Assembly (NCBI RefSeq): GCF_001194135.2 | Contig: NC_068985.1 | Location: forward strand, 5,965,967-6,010,653 | DNA length: 44,687 nt | Origin: Octopus bimaculoides | Lineage: Eukaryota | Reading direction: 5' to 3' | Shown: one piece after another, positions 36,453-44,687 of the stretch | Position numbering within the stretch: position 1 is the stretch's first letter | How the letters are laid out: each line of letters opens with the position of its first letter | The notes under the pieces: generated by a model | The model's database searches: none | Seen by the model: only the letters and a program-made list of their open reading frames with translations | Told to the model about the DNA's origin: nothing | Made by a program: the position numbers and the translations under genes

Positions 36453-36490
36453 CTATTTAAAAGTTAACCTGTCAGCCATACTTGATAGAC
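36453..36490 (+). other. Candidate micro-exon (YLKVNLSAILDR), unverified
   Basis: Acceptor CCTTTGTTGCTTCCAAG and donor AC|GTAAGT. The only open frame is phase-compatible with 34712-34773. Confidence 0.22.
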
Positions 36491-38471
36491 GTAAGTATCT
36501 AGGTCTGAGGCCAAAACCTGCATTTTTAGGTAAACGGATTGCTAGTTCATTAATCCATTCGGGCCAAAATTTGATTCAAAATGCGCCCATTGCTGTGCAG
36601 GCATCAAGTAAAAAAAATTATTAAAAAATGAAGGACAAAAATTGAGGCCTTAAAACATTATAGAGAAACATGGAAACAAAACCTATTTCATGTTTAATAT
36701 TTCACTCAAAATTGATAGAGGAACTAATCCATTATGAAGTGCAACGATGTATGAACAGTTATAAAGTCAAAACGCTGAGAATATTATATTGGGGAGAGAG
36801 ACACCGTCATAAGAGATTCTCTGATAGATGTTTGGTTTTTCCTAAACATTTTTATAATGTATTCCATTACGCATCCAACCAACGAATGATAAGTGAATTA
36901 GTCTAGACAAATCTCATTTTAATTTGTCAGTGATGTAAATATGGATTTTGGTACGAATATCGCTTTGTGGGAAGGTACATGTTTATGATTGTCCTCTAAA
37001 AATTAAGTAACCAGTCATGAATTATATCAGAATAATCTCCTAACTTTTCTGTGTAGGAAGAGTATAGGAAGATTTTTTTCGCAAGTTAGACTTGGCAAAC
37101 TGCAACTTGCACACGCACGTACACATTTATATACATGTGAATATATTTATATACACACACACATCTATGTACGCATATTCGATAATTTCATTTCGGTACT
37201 ACTTATTTGCACACAACTTTCATATTCACGGACACAGGAATCGACTCACGCACATACTGTTTATTTTAACACACACGAACGACGCATGCGCTCTACCGAT
37301 TTCAACACGTTACACATTTGCAATGCCGTAATGAGTCTCTATTGTACGGCTTTAGAAATCTTTGGTTAAATGAAAATACAAGATTTTCATTATTTTCCTT
37401 CAATTTCGTTGTCAAAGTAATAAAGACATCTGAACAATATATTCCGTAGTATGAATTCCCCATGTATAACAATCATGTAAAAGCCAGTGGCATATTAACA
37501 ATCCCTCTTCTCTATAACTACTAATGACTCCAAGACAATTCAATGAGAACAGAATAGTCTCCTCTTCATATCTCATTTCGAATTGAAATTATTATTAAAG
37601 ATATTTGATTAAATCAGTTTGAATGAAGAATACCTCAATTAATATTTGTTAGAACTATATCTCTCTAACCAATGAAGACGTTCACATTGTACAAGTCTTG
37701 TTTTCGAATATCGGCATTTCTCTTTTGTGGTGAGAAAGCATAGAAGAAAAAGGAAAAACATAAAAGAGGCTTCCATATACATCCTATGAGTATTGCGTTG
37801 ATTTTGATATTTCGGTAACGAAAGTTTATGTGAAAATCTTTCATTCTTTTCGAATCCGTCATTCCATTATGATACCTCTTTGGCTGTCCCTTCACAGAAT
37901 GAAGATTTAAGCCAGTCCCTTTATTACTTGCTTGTGAATGGAAATGATAAATTATGTTTCCATTTTAACCAAAAGAGGATTTGCAGCAGCGACGATATTA
38001 CGATTTTCGCTCTGTATTAGCATGTTGTTATATTCCTTCAATATTTTCTCCATATTTCCCCTCCTTTTCGCATTAACATGAATATGGAAGCTGAGAAAGA
38101 TAAATATTATCAAAAAATGTTTATTAACTTATATTTCTTAACGATGTTTGTTATTTACATATATCTATTACATTTTAATAAGACATATGTTAACATTACA
38201 CCTATGGTATTTATCTTTAACGACATTTTCAAATGTTATCATTTTCCTAGTTAGTTCCTAATCATTTTCAATATATTAAATTAAATTCATATGATAAGCT
38301 CTGTCATACATGCAGTTGGGTAATTAGACATCCAACAAAACAGAGAAGCAGGCCAAAGATAGATTAAGAGTTAATATAAAATCTCATACGTTGTCTTCTC
38401 ATAGAGATATGAAATTATATATCTAACACGTAAAGCGTTATTCTTCTTGTGTGACTAGTAGTATGTAATGT

Positions 38472-38789
38472 GAAGGTGCTTGGCTTAGTTGTTTACGGCA
38501 TTCGGATCGCGAGGTCGTGAGTTCCATTCTCGGCGACGCGTTGTGTCCTTGAGCAACACACTTTATTTCACGTTGCTCCAGTCCACTCAGCTGTCAAAAA
38601 TGAGTAGTACCTGTATTTAAAAGGGCCAGCCTTGTCAGACTCTCTGTAACGTTGAATCTCGAGAACTACGTCAAGGGTATCCGCATCTGTGGAGTGCTCA
38701 GCCACTTGCACGTTAATTTCACGAGTAAGCTGCTCCGTTGTTCGTATCAGCTGAGATCCTCGTCATCCCAAGCGACAGAGTGCTCCACT
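38472..38789 (+). mobile_element. tRNA-derived SINE of a third family with a CORE-like central segment
   Basis: TGGCTTAGTTG (A-box-like) and GAGTTCCATTC (B-box-like), followed by TTGTGTCCTTGAGCAACACACTTTATTTCACGTTGCTCCAGTCCACTCAGCTG. Family identity is from memory. Confidence 0.7.
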
Positions 38790-39989
38790 ATCTAATATAA
38801 CTTGTGAGATATCGCTGTTCTGAGGCTCACCGCTTCAAAAACATTATATACGAAAGCAGTTTTAACATATTTTTAAACAATACAAAACACAAAACTTGCC
38901 TATCACTAATTAAATTAATCTCATTTCAAATAAAGTGAATATTTAATTAGCGATGAGGATGTCTTAGCCTTTCTTCCTCGACAACGAAACTATAATTGTT
39001 ATGTAACGAAACCGTTTAACTATAATTTCTATTTAGAGAACCAATTGTATTGTTGAGTATTTCAGGTAAATTATTGCATTTTTCAATAATGAGGCTTGAG
39101 CAGATGTCACACATAATCTGCAACTTTACGCTGCCTCTATAGGTTTGCGTGCCCAACGTTTCGTTGCTATTTATAAACAATACAAAAAATATATAACAAT
39201 GCAATTTCTAATCTGATATATTTTGGTAGCAACGTTTTACTGAATTGTCATTATGAAATATTAATTTGATATTTCTGATAACCAAGATAGGAAAATAATT
39301 TCAGTTTAATTTATTACCTAATTAAAAAATAAACTATTAACAATTTAATTTAATTAATTGCTTCTGCCATCCAATTTATTTTTAATAAATTTTCCAAAGC
39401 AAATCTTTATCAATGTGGAATCTAATGGCATTTCTGACAGTAAACACCAATTATAATTTCTCCTCTGTGAACGTTTCCTTAACGTAAAAAAAAAAGCAGA
39501 ACAAAAAGAGTTTGGATCATGTGATGGAATTAATTAAAGATTTTTTTTTCATTTACATGATTATGTCAAACGTACACGGAAATTATAAAGGGATTCCTGG
39601 AATTTGTAACTACAATTGACAGTACGGCTAAATTATCGCGCTTCTAATCAAAACAAGAGAAGCAATTTTGAAACCATTTTGATGAAATCTTAACTTGCAA
39701 TGTGTATTTGAAACATTCCAAGTAAAATTTCGTTTTCAGTCTCTCACACTAACTTTCAGCAGATCACATGTAATGACAAGTTTGTATCAAGTGGTAAAGC
39801 AACGATAAATGAGATGTGGTACCGTTTGATATGTTTTGACGTATGTAGTCGAAGATTAAGCTTTGTTTGTTACCTGCGGTATAAATTTATGTTTATAGAA
39901 TGGTTTGAAGCATTGGAGCAGAACGATTTCATCGAAGACAGTTCATTTCAACTGAAATAACGACCAAAGATAACAATTGGAAGCCAGTA

Positions 39990-40025
<36 letters not shown>

Positions 40026-40059
40026 TTATTTATTTATTTATATATATATATATATATAG

Positions 40060-40260
40060 GTGTGTGTATCCTCACATGGCAACTGGTGTTGGTTTGTTTA
40101 CGTCCTAGTAACGTAGCAGTTCGGCATAAGACACCATTAGAATAAGTACCAGACGTAAACAAAGTAATTGTTGGTGTTGTTGTTTTCCGACTAAAACACA
40201 TCAGCGTGGTACCACAGCATGGCCGCAGTCCAAGGATGGAAACGGAGAAAATATAGAGAA
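40060..40260 (+). mobile_element. SINE family A, 3' half, decayed
   Basis: GTTTGTTTACGTCCTAGTAACGTAGCAGTTCGGC...GAATAAGTACC...CGACTAAAA...CAGCATGGCCGCAGTCC. Confidence 0.75.
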
Positions 40261-40424
40261 CTAAAATAATTTATTGAAAGGAGGTGATAAAAAATTAAAT
40301 TAATAAAAAAATACAAATGTATAAAAGAAGGAAGAGTGAATTCAATTGGTAACATACCCAGAATCTTGTTTCAAAACCGTTTACGCACGTTTGTCACAAT
40401 TTATGCGCAAGAATAATATATCGG

Positions 40425-40590
40425 CATTGTTTACATTTGACGGATATTTGTTCTCATCTTGATTATTAACACAACGTTTCGGCTGATATACTCTCCAGCC
40501 TTCATCAGGTGTCTTGGGGAAATTTTGAACCTGGATTCTCATTCCTAAGGTATTTTTCGATATTATTATTATTATTATCATTATTATTAT
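40425..40590 (-). mobile_element. 3' half of the tRNA-headed hammerhead SINE (left copy)
   Basis: Reverse complement (AAT)n-TCGAAAAATACCTTAGGAATGAG...CCCCAAGACACCTGATGAAGG... 40481-40560 matches 41038-41117 at 74/80 nt. Confidence 0.85.
40468..40513 (-). ncRNA. Minimal type I hammerhead ribozyme motif with an intact core
   Basis: GACAC-CTGATGA-A-GGCTG-GAGAGTATAT-CAGCC-GAAAC-GTT-GTGTT. Stem I is GACAC/GTGTT, stem II is a 5-bp GGCTG/CAGCC, stem III is the loopless palindrome AACGTT, predicted cleavage after GUU. Confidence 0.8.
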
Positions 40591-40800
40591 TACTTGAACT
40601 AAATTTCGACGTCTTGTGTATCTTCAAGTGGTTCAAAAAATGAATTTGTCAATCTACCTCATTTTGGTTAATATATAAAGGACTGAGATAACTCCAGGAG
40701 TTCCCTCAATCCTTTATATATTAAGCCAAATGAAGTAGATTGATAAATTTATTTTTGGAAACTATTGAAAACACACAAGATGTCGAAATATCGTTCACTA
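40591..40800. mobile_element. About 210-bp foldback MITE inserted into the left hammerhead-SINE copy
   Basis: TGAAC..TTTCGAC.TCTTGTGT...TCAATCTAC.TCATTT..TTAATATATAAAGGA.TGAG is mirrored across a central AACTCC-A-GGAGTT; possible TA flanks. Confidence 0.8.
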
Positions 40801-40890
40801 GATAACAGTGGTACACTTTTAATTTTTACTCTATATCTTCAGGAGGAGTTACCTCAATACTTTATATATTATAAATATAATTCAGATAAA

Positions 40891-40935
40891 TGCTTGGAAT
40901 CTTGGGGTTAGTAGCCCACTCTTAACGACTACGCC
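40891..40935 (-). mobile_element. tRNA-derived head of the left hammerhead-SINE copy, B box deleted
   Basis: Reverse complement GGCGTAGTCGTTAAGAGTGGGCTACTAACCCCAAGATTCCAAGCA. Relative to the right copy it lacks the 12 nt GCCGAGTTCGAT between two GAT repeats. Confidence 0.75.
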
Positions 40936-40939
40936 CACG

Positions 40940-41117
40940 GACATAAAGCGTAGTCGTTAAGAGCGCGTATTACTAACCTCAAGATGCCGAGTTCGATTCC
41001 AAGCAGTGACCTGAATAAAATTATAATAATAATAACATCGAAAAATACCTTAGGAATGAGGACCCAGTTTCGAAATTTCCCCAAGACACCTGATGAAGGC
41101 TGGAGGATATATCAGCC
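40940..41117 (+). mobile_element. tRNA-headed SINE-like element with a hammerhead tail (right copy, truncated just before GAAA)
   Basis: GCGTAGTCG (A-box-like), GAGTTCGATTCC (B box, 40989-41000), (AAT)n, then GACAC-CTGATGA-A-GGCTG...CAGCC ending at 41117. Confidence 0.8.
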
Positions 41118-41249
41118 TTGATAAAATCTTTGATAGCTTTTATCGTTAAACGTAACTGATTATATANNNNNNNNNNNNNNNNNNNNNNNNNNNNNNNNNN
41201 NNNNNNNNNNNNNNNNNNNNNNNNNNNATATATATATATATATACTACT

Positions 41250-41830
41250 ATCAACTAACTCTCCCTTTCGCACTTTAATCCTTTTTTCATTTTTTCTCAC
41301 TCTTTTCACTTCTTTCTCTCTTTCTTCGTCTCATTTTCTCTTCCTGTTTCCATATTGGCCTATCTTATTCTAATCATACACATATTTCTCCCCCATCTAA
41401 TCACAAATACTACCAATGCATTGTCAAATTTTCATTCACACCACAAAAACCTTTCGAATGAACAACATAGAATCCACGGCTCCATACTTTGAAATGACTA
41501 AACATGAACTTTTATTGAAACTTACACACCCTATATAGGAAAATTTTTTACCACATCTATACACAACTTTCCTCGAATAATGGAACTGTAACTACAATAT
41601 CTTTATATATTTTATATCTTCTTTCACTCTATATTTCTATCTCCATTTTTTTACAATAATTCCTTATTTTAAAATCAAATATTTACCTCTATTTAACCAT
41701 CTCACATCGTCTCTGATGAAGGGAAATTCATAATATCCCAGAAAGAGCTGTAAGACTATATCTTTTTCGTTATAATATCCTGAAAACTCCTCTCAGCCTT
41801 GATTTTGTTATCTCATTTTGTCCAATATAT
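41250..41830 (+). mobile_element. Penelope-like pseudo-LTR-type repeat carrying a hammerhead motif and ending in (TA)n
   Basis: HHR motif at 41709-41756; the 3' end is shared with positions 38-58. The 5' boundary is approximate and the PLE assignment is inferred from the HHR type. Confidence 0.5.
41709..41756 (+). ncRNA. Minimal type I hammerhead ribozyme motif
   Basis: GTCT-CTGATGA-A-GGGA-AATTCATAATA-TCCC-A-GAAAG-AGCT-GTA-AGAC. Stem I is GTCT/AGAC, stem II is GGGA/TCCC, GUA triplet. Stem III is one substitution from the palindrome ACAGCTGT. Confidence 0.7.
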
Positions 41831-42441
41831 ATATATATATTTATATATATATATATATATGTAAAATCTATTTGCCAACATAAATTGGCAGTCCTGTTTA
41901 GGACGATGTTACTACCATTTTTAGCCCCAAGGGGAAGCATCTTTTCTAGTTGGCTACCGATGCACAACTGCATCCTTATATCTCGAACAAGCTAATGTGC
42001 CCACTCAGCCTTCAACTGTTCCCGCGGACCATGGTTTCCGGGTTGTTTCTGTTCATCGAAAAATGGTAACCGTTGGCTAGAGATAGCAGAACTAGGTCGT
42101 GATTGAGGTATATACTTTTAAAGTGACACGCAGTCCCGTAAAGAGGAAAACATTTTGGTTTGAAATCTCTGAGCAAGAAATAGGTAGTAAAGGTACTACA
42201 GAATAAAATATATTTACCAACGTAAATTACATGCAAACCTGCATAAACACTTGTAGATAATTGAAAAACATTCTCTTTGAGGCTTATATACAAAGTTTTT
42301 CTAAAAAATCATATCTGATGAGTCTCAGAAACAAACGAATTAAAATCGCTAACAAATGATTATCTTAAACTCTCTCTACCTCTATTTTCTTTATATATAG
42401 AATCTGTACACCACTTCAATCTCTCTCTCATATATATATGG

Positions 42442-42481
<40 letters not shown>

Positions 42482-42500
42482 CCATCTATCTCTCTATGTG

Positions 42501-42597
<97 letters not shown>

Positions 42598-44215
42598 TGT
42601 GGCTGGTCTTTGTTTCTGTCATCCCTTTTGCTTACAAGGCATCCGTCGGCAGAAATTATTATTAATATATGCCCAAAATACCATATTAGGACCTAACTTA
42701 TAACTACACGTTTCCATTACGAAGTTCTTAATCATGTCGACTTGCCTGCAGCGAGCCATACACAATCAAAATTTTAAGTTTAATTAATTTCCCTTTACAC
42801 ATACGTGGCATGAATCTTTTCTTCCTTCGGTTTGCTATATACAACTACATTTATACAACCATCCCAAATATATGCGGCAGTCTAATCGGAAAATAAGTTG
42901 CGAACTAGTGCTGAAAATGAATTGATTCCATTCATATGTATATGAGCAGATATCTCAGGACTTGCTAAAAGTCGTATAAGGCTACACATAGCGACTACAT
43001 AATACGACTCAATATGCACAGATGCATATATGCACACACGGGCACACAAACACACGCACATATACATACACGCGCACACATGATTTTTGTCTTCTGCAAT
43101 TTTATTTTTGAATTTTCTGTATATAAGAATTTTCCTCCGTCTCGCTGTATTTCTCTCTACAAAACAGAAAGTTGCATTGTGGAACAGTCATTTTAAAGAG
43201 TTTTTTTTTTTATCACCCGACGAGACATGTCTGCACCACCGGACACTCTTGAACCAGTTATTGAGTGTCCCACTAGGGGAATCGATAGTAGTGGTGTCGA
43301 AACAACTGTTATATATAATATATAATAATATATTCTCGTATATTCCATATTCTGTCTTTCATTTTATATATATGCATGTATGTATGTTTATCAGTTTTAG
43401 CCTAGTACTATCATTATCAAAATCTGATGTGAGGTATTGCACATGCTACTCATTCAGAAAAGTCTTTAGTAGAGGATATGTTTCTCAAAAGGTGATTGTT
43501 TGTTGATACACCTATCCTCTAATATCTGTGGTATCTCACATAGGGACAAACAGCATTGTTGTGGTCAGAATCTACATTACGCTTAGGTTTCTGAAGCTTC
43601 GAGAAGAATGAAGATTTTATTACGAACGAGGCAATCTTCTCGTCATTCATCACATCATAACGACGAGAATTTTTGAAAATATAGAAACACGATCGCCAAT
43701 TGTGTAGAAACAAGTCTAATATATTCTTTCCGTATCTACATCCATGTATAGAAAATATGGGCATCAAGATATGTATTCTACTATTGCTATTTCGGTTATC
43801 TGTAATATTAATGATTCCACCAACAGAAAGAAACCATAACAACACCGCGAGCAACCATACATATTTATACAATATAGATGGGTGCTAGCCGTATTGTTAT
43901 AGACAAAATTCATTTTTAAACTATTTATATTGACTGTAATATATTCATATTTGCCATAATCTGTTATATTTAAGCTTGAACATGCAGCGGAATGAAATGC
44001 CAGTGAACAGGTTAACTATAAAACTTGAAAATTTTTTATGATGTAATGGTGAGCAAAGTTAAAAGGTTCACAGCAGATACGTCGTTCTAATCGAGCAGGC
44101 GATGTACTAACAAATTTCCCGTCCTACTCATCAATATTATTATTAATATATATAATGTCATTAATAATAGATGGACTCAAATCATCATTGATAACTTAAT
44201 AATTTATTATTATAA

Positions 44216-44433
44216 GGTGGTGAGCTGGCAGAATCGTTAGCAAGCCGGGGCAAAAAGCTTAGCGGTATTTCGTTTGTCTTTATGTTCGGAGTTCAAATTC
44301 CGCCGAGGTCGATTTTGCCTTTCATCCTTTCAGGGATGATAAATTAAGTACCAGTTGCGTACTTGGGTCGATCTAATCGACTGTCCCCCTCTCCCATAAT
44401 TTCGGGCCTCGTGCCTAGTGTAAACAAGAATAA
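44216..44433 (+). mobile_element. SINE family B, full-length
   Basis: TGGCAGAATCG (A-box-like, 44226-44236), GAGTTCAAATTCC (B-box-like, 44289-44301), TTTCATCCTTTC, AAATTAAGTACCAGTTGCG, GGGCCTCGTGCCTAG. Confidence 0.9.
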
Positions 44434-44572
44434 TTTATTGTAGCTGCTTACTTTCAGTGTTTAACAGTTGTAACGTCGTGTAGTTGTTAACATACTTAAA
44501 ATTTTTTATTTCAGTCGGGTGTTCGAATCTTGCTTGTCATGCTACGAGATCTTGCTACATTATTTATCTATA

Positions 44573-44637
44573 TCCTTTTTTTCTTTTTACTTGTTTCAGT
44601 CATTTGACTGCGGCAATGCTGGAGCACTGCCTTTAGT
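44573..44637 (-). mobile_element. SINE family A, 3' tail
   Basis: TTTTTACTTGTTTCAGTCATTTGACTGCGGCAATGCTGGAGCACTGCCTTTAG. Confidence 0.85.
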
Positions 44638-44687
44638 GGGGGGGGGGCAAACACATACAAACTTATACACACACACACACACACACA

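Noticed and set aside
40940-41010. Functional tRNA genes (here and at the other SINE heads)
   Set aside because: A/B boxes are present but there is no intact acceptor stem or cloverleaf, and each head continues into a repeat body.
42315-42335. CTGATGA-GTCTCA-GAAAC as a hammerhead
   Set aside because: The intervening bases cannot form stem II (TGAG pairs with CTCA and sequesters the core), and there is no stem I or cleavage triplet.

Overview
Eukaryotic, AT-rich, microsatellite- and transposon-dense DNA from a gapped short-read scaffold (8 N-gaps, nearly all bordered by (TA)n). It is very probably an octopus genome; this is inferred from my recollection of the tRNA-derived SINE families and is not database-checked. 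No protein-coding gene can be called with confidence, only a few isolated exon candidates. The window holds two abundant tRNA-headed SINE families (called A and B here), decayed CR1-group and R4/Dong-like (RLE) LINE pieces, mariner/Tc1 remnants, a Helitron-like element, and several foldback or inverted-repeat structures. The most notable signal is a set of minimal type I hammerhead ribozyme (HHR) motifs from four unrelated repeat families, each with a palindromic stem III of the dimer-cleaving Penelope type. One is attached to a tRNA-derived Pol III head (a SINE-like retrozyme candidate, 40425-41117). Another family, present in three copies, has a non-canonical CUGUUGA core. Two essentially perfect local inverted duplications (111 bp and 326 bp arms) are built from fragments of dead transposons.
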